From Klebsormidium nitens (Eukaryota; Plantae; Klebsormidiophyceae): a stretch of 64,000 nucleotides of DNA. The number at the start of each line of letters is the position of its first letter. Positions within the stretch are counted from its first letter, which is position 1. The notes under the pieces are model-generated. The model worked only from the letters and a program-made list of their open reading frames with translations. It ran no database searches and was not told where the DNA came from. The translations under genes were made by a program, and so were the position numbers. The DNA lies in NCBI GenBank assembly GCA_000708835.1, contig DF237018.1, positions 62,001 through 126,000 of the forward strand, read 5' to 3'. Positions 38,301 to 49,992 of the stretch are shown in pieces.

Positions 38301-39667
38301 ACCAGTTGGAAAGCACCGAAGTAGGTGTCACGATGAGCACCGGTCTTTCCACTTTTGTTGGAGGTTTCAGGTAGTCTGGGCGCCCCTCCTTCTTCAGGAT
38401 TGCCGCCAGGAATGCGATGGTCATGATGGTTTTGCCAAGGCCCATGTCGTCCCCTGTCAACAATATATGCTGCGAAGTCAAGATCATGGTCATGGCTAGC
38501 GCACATAGAGTGAATATGTTAATGATAGAGTCCATGATCCTACGCAACCAACATTTTCGTGTCTGGTACCAACCCCAGCTGAAGTTTGCAGGAGGAGTTG
38601 TCTTTGGAAATCGTATGCCACAAGGAGATGGAAACAAGTAGGATATGGATACCACCTCTTTCCAGTCCTTTGAAACAATCAACGTCCCCCTGCATCCAGC
38701 GGTTTGGTGATTAGTCAACGACGTACCAAACATCGATGAGGCAGCGGGCTCACCTTCGATGCCTCCACGATTTTCTCGGTAGAGCATGTAGAGAAACCGC
38801 ACCCCTTCCCTCTGTAACCAAGGAACACAGGAAAGCTAAAGAACTTGTAGCGGTCTGCTTTTACAAGACACCTGTCACATCATGTTGGTAGTGTGACAGT
38901 TGTGGCACTGAATTGACAACAGCAATCAGAGAATCTCAAAACTGGCCTGAAGGGTGAAAGGCCGCAACAAGACTGTAAGGCTGAGAGGAGGCAAGAGACG
39001 GGGGTGATCAATGAAAATGAAGAAAGTAGTTGATCTCCTTAGACAAAAACCAAGTTATGGAAGTTAAGATCGACGTTCCGTGCATACCCTGCTTTCTACA
39101 ACAAAGCTACCTGCGCTTGGTAGACGGAAGTAGCTGTTCAAGAAGGACAGCTGGGGCAATCTGCGCTTCAAAAGGCTTCCTTACTTGATGTGGCAGTAAC
39201 CTTGAGTTGATGTATGCAGGAACCTTCGCTTCTGGGGCAGCACCGGCTGGTAGAGTTTCTCCTGGTGGGGGCCAAAGGACGAGGTCCTCAGCAGTTTCTG
39301 CGCCTTCTACAGGTGCTTCTCCCCTCAACGTTGGAATAGTCTCAGAAGCTCCATGATCTGGCTCAGGTTTGGGACTTTTCTTACGGACAGAACCACTCAG
39401 AGGTCTAGTGCCTCCAGACGCCTTGATTTGACCACCGTTCACCACTACGTTTCTGCTCCGGCTCTTGTCATTGTGCACAGACTGTGTGATTGAAGAGCCT
39501 CTGCTTGCAAAACCCTTTGAAAGTTCTTCGTCCTGCTCTTGACTTCCATGTGAGACACTCACAGCATTGACTCCTTGACTCAAGTTCAGTCTTGCCCGGT
39601 AGGACGTCTTGTACGGAGCCATGCTTGCGGCTTCCTTGCACCCGCCAACTTCATACACACTGTCCAC
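32397..39667 (-). CDS. SNF2-family ATPase, SWI2/CHR9 (ERCC6L2-like), ~10 exons
   Basis: LLPHQ|REGV, GDDMGLGKT (Walker A), VLIVTPTSVLSNW, FVDEAH, GLTG|TVLQN, FLRRTK, the PCDCGS..CC insert typical of ERCC6L2/CHR9, [50 protein letters not shown] and AQDRSFRYGQTRHV.VYRL, then a long low-complexity last exon 33757-32397. The start may be at 39667 or 39620. Confidence 0.92.
34300..34600 (-). repeat. Three tandem copies (~100-106 bp period) of the acceptor + 5' end of the AQDRSFR exon
   Basis: Copy starts are 34362 (functional, atgcag|GCGCAAGACCGTTCTTTCCGTTACGGCCAGACCCGTCAC), 34468 (gcgcag|GCGCAAGACCGCTCCTTTCGATCCGGTCAGACGCGGCAT) and 34568 (gcgcaa|GCGCAAGACCGTTCGTTTCCGTGGGACGTCAC). Confidence 0.9.
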
Positions 39668-40450
39668 TCTGCATGCTTTATGCTGCAGAGGCGCTTGTGA
39701 ACTGGCCGATAAAAACGCGGGCGGACAAAGTGTTTACATCAAAATGAGTCAGTCAGGGTCACTGTCAGCATTGATGGAATCAACACACCTCTTTCAAAAG
39801 TCCTAGGTGCCACAGAAGGCCGGGGGCAAAAGACGCGTATGGAAGTACTGTAAGCCCAAAGTGGACCGCTGAACAGGTTTACACCATTGCGCCACCACGC
39901 CATCATGCCATTACAAAAGGCTCCCAGCTGCCGCTACCACCATGCAGGCGCTCCCGTGCAAGCAGCAAAAAATGCCGACTTTTAAAGGTGTACCTGACCA
40001 AGGACGTATGTATGTAGGTACCTACGGTAGTAGTACTACCTACCTAGCTGAAGCAGAGACAAGCCCCTTTCAATTGGGCCTTTGGACCAATCTGGACGCT
40101 CGCGATCGAGTTTGAACATTTTGAACTTTTGAACTTTAAATCCTGTGGCTAATGTTCCTCTGGGGGAAGATTCGCATGCTTCGAGCCGTCCGATGTGTCT
40201 ACAGGAGCTGCGCTTATGGGAACCGCGATGACTGCTTATGACATTTCCGGAACTCGCCTCATGGGGCATCTTCAGACTGCGCCCGTTGCAAGTTTTAGGG
40301 TTGCCTGCACTGGCAGCCTCCTCGTTCTGTTGGGGAAGCGCTGCTGAAGGGAGGCACGTTCTGAGGGGCGATTACTTGAACGTGGCTGGACCTTGCAGCG
40401 GCGGTGTCTTTGCAACGCAGAGTTCCGTGTAGTGGACTTTATACGACACA

Positions 40451-43400
40451 ATGAGCTGGCTCTTCAGTTGGTGGCCGTGGTGGCCCCACAAGGGGAAGAA
40501 GCCGGCCGAGAAAATCCACCATCCCGCCCTCTTGATTCCAGGGATTGGCGGTTCTATCCTGAACGCTGTCTCGCAGAATGGAGCCACTGAAAGGGTCTGG
40601 GTGCGGCTCTTCAAAGCTGATGGCGAGTTCCGGAGGAAGATCTGGTCCAAGTACAATCCTAGTACAGGTGAGTCGCCTTGCGTTTGGCATTCAGTGGAAT
40701 GACGGCTGCGTTGCTCTCTGCAAGCATAGGCCCGGACAACATTCAGAAGCCTGCCTTTATAGAACTTTGTCTGCAAGAATATTGTGGTGGCCCCTCTTGA
40801 GATGCAACAAGAGCACCATTCTTGAGGCTGTTCGTCGTTCAAGAATCCTCTGGATACTCAACACGACATGGCTGGGATACCGAGCAGAGCTTGCTTGCGT
40901 CTCTGCCCTGGTTTGTTCAAAGTTTGTGGTGCAGACCCAGGAAATGCAAAAAGGCCCTCGATTGCGCGGCTCGATCAGGTGTCATCGCTGTTTGGCCTTT
41001 CTGCAGACTGCTTGAAGCTTGCGTGCATGCAGAAGAACCCGCCAATATCTGGCTGTCTCGAGTTTCTTGGAGCAGTAGGCGGGCAGCTTAAGAATCTTGC
41101 TCTGGCAGATTGTCCAAGTGCTGACGAGGAAGACCCCTGGTTCTTGTTCTTATGGCCACTCTTTCTAAGACAGGACTGTAATTAACCGAGCTGGGCCCAA
41201 GCTAGATGAGGTGATTTACAATCGTGAAGCAATGCTGTTATTTTGTTGCAGGCCGCACCGAGTCCTTGAGCAATGACTCGGTTGTCGTGGTGCCAACGGA
41301 CCGATTTGGACTTTACAGCTGCGACTCCCTTGACCCTGACCTGGTAAGCAGGCCCTTACAAGTATGCTTCTTTTATCCACTCACATGTCGTCTGCTTAGT
41401 GTCCTTCCTCACCTCAAGAGGTCCTCACCTCTGGTGTCTTGACCAGAATATCGTGCATCTGCAGACTCTCTACCTTGGTAAGCTCGTACATCTGGTTCTG
41501 AACGGATTCACGTTCTTGTTAGGTGGGCGGCACAAGTTGGAAGGTATCTGGAGTGTCTCTCAGCCTCTCAAACCATGTCGCTTGGTGTCGCATCACCGGC
41601 GTCGGCGTGCTTCCCAAAGTGCGTGCGGACAGCAGGGTTCCTTGTTCACGTCCTGCAACTGAATGCGGGAGCTGATCACCCAACATTACTCTGCTGCAGC
41701 CAATGCGGCTCGACGTGGTTTACTACTATCACGACATGATCGAGGAGATGAAGAGCTGGGGCTATGTGGAGGGGGAGACCCTGTTTGGTTTTGGCTTTGA
41801 CTTCCGGCAGAGCAACAGGTGACTCCCCTGCAAGTGCTTGGCTTTGACGCCCATTCTTGCGAGAAGGCTGATATGATTTTGTACGCATATGGGCCCTGTT
41901 GGAAGGACTGTTGTGAGGTTTTTGATGATTAATGCCTTTGTCAATTGCCTTGAGACACTGGAATGCCCCTTGTGATTATGTGGTCGTGTGAAAGCGAAAT
42001 TCCATTCTTGTAGCGAGTCGTTTGTATTCTGGCACCACCTTAAGTTATTACTGAAACTTGCCAACCCACTTATACAGGTTGGACGACACGCTGGACCTGC
42101 TGAAGATCAAGCTGGAGCACATCTACGAGCAGTCCGGCGGTAAGAAGGTGGATGTGATTACGCATAGCATGGGGGGCCTCATGTTCAAGTCCTTCCTCGT
42201 CTACAGAAGAAAGGTGAGAACAAGCAACGCTCCTAGACTGACGTCTAAGATGCAGTCTTGGCGATATGAGTTTGCGCTTCCCGCCCCTTGAAATGATTTT
42301 GCCTCCCACGCTTTTGCAGCCCTGTTCTGCGCTGAGACAGACCGTCCGGTTAAAATCAGACGTATAAGAGATGCAGAGGTTCCTCCTGTCACTGTTATAT
42401 GCTGAAACAAAGGGCCAACATAAGTTGCCCGTGAGCAGTGCGCGTGGTCCCACATTGCAGGGTTCTCACTGGACTTCTTGTTGATGCAGGACTTTGAGAG
42501 GCTTGTGAACAAGTGGGTTGCCATCGCTTGTCCTTTCCAAGGTGGGCCTCGCTTGACAACCCTTGACTTAGCAAAGCACCATTGATGTCTTGCCCAAGTA
42601 CTACGTTTCGTGAGCAGTTTTGTTCAGAAGAAAGCTGCTCAGACTTCTGCTGATGGGTGCCACCTTGTGGGTGCCACCTGGAAGTAAATGTTAATTGCTG
42701 TTGGCCTGCTAGTAAGTAGAGTCCTTGTTCATATTGCAGCCGCGCACCTGTTTGGAAGGCGTCTCGACTTCTTTGTGCATCAGCCGGTTCGCAAACGAGC
42801 ATCCTGCTCTAGATGGATCGCACAATATCAGTTTGCAAAGTTGTCCTTGAGGGTCGAAGTCTGGCAGGACAGATTCTTGGTACTTGATTCTGAAAAAAAC
42901 CCAACAATTCGAGTTTGAAGGAGACAGCTGGAGGAAGTTCCGACGTCCCAAGTCTGGACGGCAGCGCTGCAACGCTTGGTCTTTGCTGAGATCTCTTTCA
43001 TCGTTGCGGTCCGCTGGGTCTGAAATGAAACATGCAGAATGCTCGAAGTCCTTGGTCGTACCTGCTGCAGGAGCACCGGGCTTCATTGTAGACACGCTGC
43101 TGACTGGGGTGGAGTTCATTAAGGGCTGGAAGAAGGAGCTGTTCATTGCAAAATGGACGATGCACCAACTGGTGAGTCACGCTCTGTTGCTTCTTATTTG
43201 TAAAAGCGACTGCTGAGTTGAGTAAATGGTGGATCTTAAGCTTCCTTCTCGTAGTGAGGTTTGCGATCTCTGAGCTGCGCGCTTGAGGCTTAACACAAGG
43301 GTGTGAGTGCTACATCATATATATTTCAGGGCAACCACGTTGCTCGCAACGCAACTTCATCGCTTCTGGATTGCGGTAAAGCGAGAGGAGAGGGGTAATC

Positions 43401-46327
43401 CGCCATCCCCTCAGCCAGATGATCATGCCCTATGCATTTGAGGTCCGTTTCCACGTCTCTTCCTTGACCCTTTTTGTGCGAGGCTGATGTGTGGTCCATT
43501 CGTCTCTCACTCGCAGGTGGTGGAGTGCCCGTCCATCTACGAGATGCAGGCCAACGCGCGCTTCTCGTGGGCGGAGCAGCCGGAGCTGCGCATCTGGATC
43601 CAGGACAAGCCGGACCAGAAAGCGTACCTGGACATCTCCAAGCCGGACACCGTCAACAAGACGCTCGCAGACGCGCTCCGCGATAATACGGTATGCTGAA
43701 CATTACTCTGAGGCCGTTGGAGTGGAGTTTCTTTTTCGGAAGATGTTGCCCTGGCTTTGACACAAAAAATGTGGCCGCCTGTGCGGTCAGATATCTGACG
43801 AGCGAGTCCTGAGAAAGTTTTCAGGGCCTTGAAAGCAGAGGGCAGGTCCCTTTTTCGAAGCCGCCAGTGTTCGGATAGTCGGAAAGCTTCGTCTTTGTTG
43901 CTGAGGAAGACTAGGCTCCTCGAACCTAGCCGCACGAAGGCCCCACGCCCAGCATTGGACAGATTTGTTACCCGCTCAGATGCCAAGCTGGCGCAGATTG
44001 TGTGCTTCGATTTGTGTACCGAAAAGACGATTGACGGGTCACCGTTAATGCGGGCCGTATGAAAGATTACAACGGAAAAGTCCCCGGAATTGTTCGAGGT
44101 TAATTTATGCTTGAACGTTTGGGGTCCTTAATCAACGAGCCCGACTTCTAACGTGGATGGACTTCGACGGCGAGAAGAATCCGCTGCCATTCGAGCTGTT
44201 GGCGCAGAAGCATTTGACGGAACGTGATTCTCTTTCAACCCAAAGGGCTCTCTTTCACCCCCTCCTTTTCGGTGCAGATGTCTTCGACGGCAAGAAGATG
44301 CCGCTGCTTCTTGTCAAGGTCCTGGTGGACACGTGCAAAACAGTTGACTGAATGCATATTCTTAGACTCATATCTTTTTTCCGGTCTCGGTGCAGATGGA
44401 TCTCGACGGTGAGAAGATGCCGCTTCCGTTCAACGAACTGCTGGCAGAACACGCGCAGGCGACTAAGGTGGCCTGGGACGCGGCGGAGCTGCCCCCGGGG
44501 TTCCTCTTTTACAACGTCTTTGGGACGTCGTACGATACGCCCCTACACTGCACGTGAGCCACTCGCTGAAGTTGCGGGATCTCCTCATGCCTGAGAGCCA
44601 CAAATTGTCGCCCGAAACTGCTCCTTTGGGCCAGGAGAAAGTGGGTTCTCGTTGACTTGAAAGTACGGGTGTCTGAGGTTATTTCTCACCCCAGCGCGGC
44701 TCTGCAAATCGTAAGCCTGACTCTTCTGAGAGACTTGGTGAAACTTCTTCTTTCTGTCGCCTCTCATTTACTGCTCCAATGCTTTCCGAGACAATACTTG
44801 GACATACTCAGACAGTCACAAGGATGGAGGCCGTCTCTCCGTTCGGACGGAGGTCTTCTTGTTGTCTTTTACTGAAAGTCGAATCTATCTATCCTGGTAG
44901 CATAAGTGGGAGTCTTATACGGGTTAGGGGTCTTTGCACAGGTATGGCACCCAATCTGCGCCTGTAAAAAGCCGGACCGAGCTCCTGCATACTGAAGCTC
45001 AATATAGCAACGTGGAAGGAGACGGCACGGTACCGGCAGAGTCTGCCAAGGTAAGAGTCGCCTCGCTTTGAGACTCCTTATCACAACCCACTGAAGTGAC
45101 CCTTTTTCAACAATCCGCACATGGGGCACGGGAAAGCTAGCTTAGTTGAACGGAGGACAGGTTTTCGGAGTCAGATCGCAATTACTGTGGTCCAGATGTT
45201 TTGACGGGTGACGGAAAGAGAGCCTAGTTTGTTGCTTAACGTTGGGTTGGTATCAGGGAGCGCAGGGGGGTGCAGTGATGATTTTCCTGTTACAGTTGCC
45301 AGATGTTGCTTTAAAGTGGGCAGAGCGCGTTTCGAATCCCAATAGCAACCGTGACCCGATGCCTTCGTAAAGCGAAATTCGGGTTTCGTCCAGAGTTGGT
45401 ACTTGAGAAACAGGGAAGAGATGTGCAAATTGAACAGATTAGGAAACGCCTTGGTGCTCACCCACCTAGTGAATAAATGAGCTGCTCTATCTTCAGGCGG
45501 ACGGCCTACGTGCGTACTGCCGCATCGGCATCCCCGGGGAGCACCGCGGCATTCTCAACGACCCGCACATCTACCGCATGCTGCACCACTTCCTGCGCGT
45601 CGGCGAATTTGACCCCGATTACGACCCCGTCACCGACGCGGTTCTCGTTCCCCCAGCGGAGGAGATTGAGAAGGAGATTGCGCGCGCCAGATCGGCGGCG
45701 GCGCAGAAGAAAAGGCTAGCGGAGTTGGAAAGGGAGGTTGTTGCGTCGATCGAGAGGGGCGACTTCGAGGAGGAGAACGGGGGCGACTTGGTGGTGCATT
45801 TCCGGCGGAAGTTGGACGAGGCGCGGGAAAGAACGGGAACGGCGGGAGAGAACGGGGCTACGGTGAAAGGGGGCGCTTCGGAAACGGTGGGGACTGTAGA
45901 TGCTGAGAAGACGGGTGGGGAGAGCGGGTCCACTTCTAGCGGGGGGCCAACGCCGCCTGGGAGCTCGGCCGTGCGGCACCCCCCCACGGTGGAAGAGCGG
46001 CTTGCAGCAAAGGCCTTGCGAGCGAAAGAGGAGGCGGAGGCCAAGACACGGAAGGCGCAGAAGAAGACGACCAAGGCGAATGCGTACGTGGAAGTGGACG
46101 ATTTGTTCGTGTCCGCGCACGCAGAGAGCAGTCCGTGCGGGTCGCCGGACGTCCGGTGCGGGTGCTGCTGCGGACCGTCCGCCAAGTCGACGGTCAAAAC
46201 GACGGTCAGCGTTGCCGGGGGCGAGGGGGATCTCCGGATGGAAAAGGCGGTCGAGGTGGCCGCGGCGGCGGCGGCGGATGGTGCGGTGGTCAAAGCTGCG
46301 GCCGAGGAAGGGGAAGCGGAGAGATGA
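40451..46327 (+). CDS. Lecithin-cholesterol acyltransferase-like phospholipase A (LCAT3/LCAT4 type), ~11 exons
   Basis: LLIPGIGGSIL, ERVWVRL, LDPDL, YYYHDMI..WGY.EGETLFGFGFDFRQSN, catalytic HSMGG, WVAIACPFQG|APG, ECPSIYE, FYNVFGTSYDTP, EGDGTVP (Asp) and GEHRGIL (His). The triad is intact, and a long acidic/low-complexity C-terminal extension follows. Confidence 0.92.
44140..44470 (+). repeat. Three tandem copies (~118-121 bp period) of the acceptor + 5' end of the MDLDGEKMPLPF exon
   Basis: Copy starts are 44157 (cgtgg|ATGGACTTCGACGGCGAGAAGAATCCGCTG), 44278 (tcggtgcag|ATGTCTTCGACGGCAAGAAGATGCCGCTG) and 44396 (tcggtgcag|ATGGATCTCGACGGTGAGAAGATGCCGCTT, functional). Confidence 0.9.
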
Positions 46328-48146
46328 CGAAGTGTGGCGGTGGAGGAAGTAAAAGCGGAGAGTTGACGACGTGTGCCAGTGCTTTAAAACTGGTTGAAAG
46401 CAATATGGGTGAACCAATCTGGGTGCTGAATCCCCCCTTAGCATATCCAATGTGGCCCGCTTGGGGGAGGTGGAAGTCTGGGGGCACGCCTACAAGCCGC
46501 CCTGGTGGAAGTCTCGTAAAGCAGTATCTAAGCAAACATTTAATTGTCATGACGTCTGCGCGGTCTGTCTGCAAAGCGGACCTGTACGTCACGATCATTG
46601 GTGCTCTGTATTAGGTTTGGATCTTGCATGTCAAAGGACACCTGTATATAGATTTGTAAGGTAACAGAGGTGTCAACCAAAACTTAGAAACTCTCAATTG
46701 TTTTAGATTTGTACATAGCCACAAGAAAAGTGTACAGAGGAAGTCTCAGTCCGTGAATTCTTCAAGGCTTTTGGCAATGATGGCCTGGCCGCACACCACT
46801 TTCTCATGTCAATGGGCTATCAGCTAGAGCGAGGTGTTTAGCTCGTCTACCCATCCGAGCAGCCGCCATGGCAGGTCGCACTAGCATGCGTCGAGGGAGT
46901 AACATTGTACGCAAATTGTTAGTATGGTACGTGCACATGCATGGAACCATTAACAGTCCGACCATGCTATTAGTCTGATTGCAGCCAGCCTCATGCAATT
47001 GTCATCATAAGTAACATCCACGTGCGTGAAGTATGTACGTACTCATGTGTAACATTTAATTGTCCGACGACTAACATGTGCGTTTATAAGCTAGCTAGCT
47101 ATAGCTCGATCATCATGAGTATAAGCAAACTGCAAAGTTGCATGCATACGCAGGCGGGTCACTGACACGGTGCCGCGGCGCCACAACGCGCGTGCACAGT
47201 GATGCGAGCCTAAAGGCTCTAGCTTTATCTGGATTGCAACACGGTTTGATGAATCAGGACAAGCTTCGAGTGCACTCTACCGCACTATATGCGCGAGGCG
47301 GCCGGCGCCTGTGAGTCGCTCTAGGTGTTCCACGGATCCGATCAGGGTGCTCGTTGCGCCTGGCCCGCAGCGCGGGCGGGCCTGGCTTATGCCAGGCGTA
47401 ATTGTGGCGACGCAAGTATGCCCGTATGAAGCACGCAGTGTGAGCCTGTCAGCATCCAGATTCAAATGAGTGAGCGAAGGTCGATAGATTGAGCTGAATC
47501 CTGAGGTCCGGCTCCGATGAGTGTGCAGCTACGCGCTGCGCATTCATTATTGTCTGTGTGACGAGGCTGCCGCGCCAGAGACAAACGCCGCCAGCGATAA
47601 CGATTGCACATCAAAAGTGCCACGCTCGTTTCTGACACTCTGCGCATATGGGTGTTCCCATCGCTGATACCAGTCGGACGGTGGGCCTGTGGATCTGCAA
47701 GAAAAAAAGAAGGTATTCGGCAGTGCGCTTAGCAGCGCAGGCTCGGTCTGATCAGCATCACATGATTGCACTTTGCCTTTTGAGTTCGGAAAGAATCCTC
47801 ATAGCCGGTCAGCCGCTTGTGAAAAAAGAAAGCGTCCTCGCTTCCACGGAACCTGTGACAGCAACCAAAGGGTAACCAAATTTGGACAATGAATCAAGTC
47901 AGGAGCATCAGAGCTCTTTGCAGTACAAAAACTTTCGTAGAAAACGCTTGAGAGGCATGACTGGAACCGAGCATACTCTATCTTCATTCAAACAGATAAG
48001 ACGGTACTCCTCAGGACAAGTCGGACATGCTGATGTGATAGCTCCGCAATACGGAACCCAGAATGCTATCCGAGATAAATCGTTCGTAAAAATGGTACTC
48101 AGAGCAGTGTCTTAATATCATTTGCGGGCCGTCTTACCGCTTGACG

Positions 48147-49992
48147 TCACTCCGAGACATGATGTTTCTTGATCTTGAGGCGCGAGGTGTCATGTCCGGC
48201 TTGGCATCGAAGTCTGTGGCCTTCCTTCCAGGCGAGCTTTTGGCAATCTGCTTCGAAACGGAGAAACGACTTAGCAACTTGGTCATATGTGACTGACCTA
48301 TGTGTAGAGATGCTGAACTTGACGTTTGCAGATTCTGAGGGTCTTCGATCTCTCAACTGAGAGCACTTGAATGAGAAAGCAAACTCGTAAGGAAGAGACT
48401 TCAACGAGACTGTGACGAAGTTCACCGCGGTCCTTTCTGCAATCTTAGACAGTAAGTCTCCGAAGCAAAGCTCAAGAGTATAGTGTTTGGTTCACAGCCC
48501 TACCTCGGGAACAGTACACAGCCAAACGGCATCTGCTGCAGACCCTGAACTCGCACGAGGCGGCCTCGACGTGGCAGCAGCTCGAGCAGGAGCACTTTCT
48601 GCGAAGCTTCTTGTCGGCTTGGACCTGCGCCTCCCCCTCCGAGACGTTGAGTAGGATGTAACTCTTGCCTTCGGGAATTTTCTGAAGCGGATCCTCGCTG
48701 TGCTTTTGGGAGAAAGTTTCGGAAGGCGTGCCTGGCTCCCTCGAACCTCGCGCGATTATATAAGGGTCGTTGGCTGCAAAGATCTCGTGGAGCTTCTGGC
48801 TTCTCTCTCCCGCTTCAGGATACCTTGCAAACAGCTGCGTCAGCTTTGCCTGCTGCGATGGCGTTGGGAAGTCCTTGTCAGGACCTTCATTCCAGATGGT
48901 CATGATTTCCTACTTCAGCGGCGGGAGAAGCAAGTAGACTATGTTCTTCCACTTTTGCTCGAGGCTGGGGCAAAGGCCCAAAGCCAGCAAGTGTCCTACT
49001 ACCTTCTCTACTCGTGGGTTGCTTCTGTATTCGAAGAGCTTTTTTAGTGTCGTATCCCACTCTTGCAACGTCTGCGCCAAGAGCCTGATTGCGGCTGTGA
49101 TCGTGAGCGCATCCTCCGACGATGCTATGGCCTTGAAGGCAGTCTCAAAGATTGGGTCCAAAAAGTCCGACAAATCGCATGATCCGATGAGATTATAGCA
49201 AAGATTGCTTGCGAAGATGATGATTCCGGTGGAGAATTCTGTGTTGGCCAGGCAGTCCTGCAGAATCCTGTGGATGAGGGGTTTCCTGCTGGCAAACTTT
49301 CTCCATGCTTGTTTCACATATTCAGTCAGCCTTGCCAGCACCGATAGACTTGCTAATTTGTGTTCATCCCGTAGTTTCACGTCATTTAATAGGCGCGACA
49401 GAGCCTCAGGCATCTCCCAATCTCTGGCGCTGAACACCACAGGCAGCGAGAAGTAGGCTCCTTCGAGGACTGAGAGTATGTCAGGCACAGCCTTCCAAAT
49501 GAAGCGCGTCGTTCGGGCGTCCAACATGAGAGCGGGCAGCACCGCGAGCGCTATGGCAATCTTTGACAGCGTGATTGGCTCCCTTTGGCTTGGTGACTCA
49601 CCCAGAACCTTCACCTTGGGATATAAGTAAACATCACCTTCTGTTTGGGCTGCTTTCAGGAGTCTGATGACCTCTTCCAAGATTCCTTCTTCCAACACGT
49701 GAGCCACATAAGCTGCGCTAAGCTCCGGCCCCTTGGTCTCCAGCATGCGACAAGTCACCGCTTTAAACCTCCACAGGGCGAAGAAGCGGGCCTCAGAATC
49801 ACTTGAGCGTAAGTCATTCAAGATATCCTTCAGCCATGCACTGCTCTCTGGATTGCTTAGGTCTAATTCCACGCTTTCTTTCTCTGTAAGGCGCTCTCGG
49901 ATCTCACTCATGGTCAGCGTTGAGTAGTTGCTAGGTAGAACTCTCGGTTGGATTGGCTTCGCTGCTTCAGCACGAGACCCGTCTTCATGCAC
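48147..49992 (-). pseudogene. Helical-domain + MYND protein, copy C, one in-frame TAG at 48912-48910
   Basis: ORFs 49992-48910 and 48903-48472 are in the same frame (LLPPLK*EIMTIW). MYND RKCSCSSCCHVEAASCEFRVCSRCRLAVYCSR|DCQKLAWKEGHRLRC, with the last exon ending at 48147. Confidence 0.75.

Noticed and set aside
45619-46614. 224-aa and 244-aa minus-strand ORFs and other alternative frames
   Set aside because: They are antisense shadows of the GC-rich LCAT last exon.
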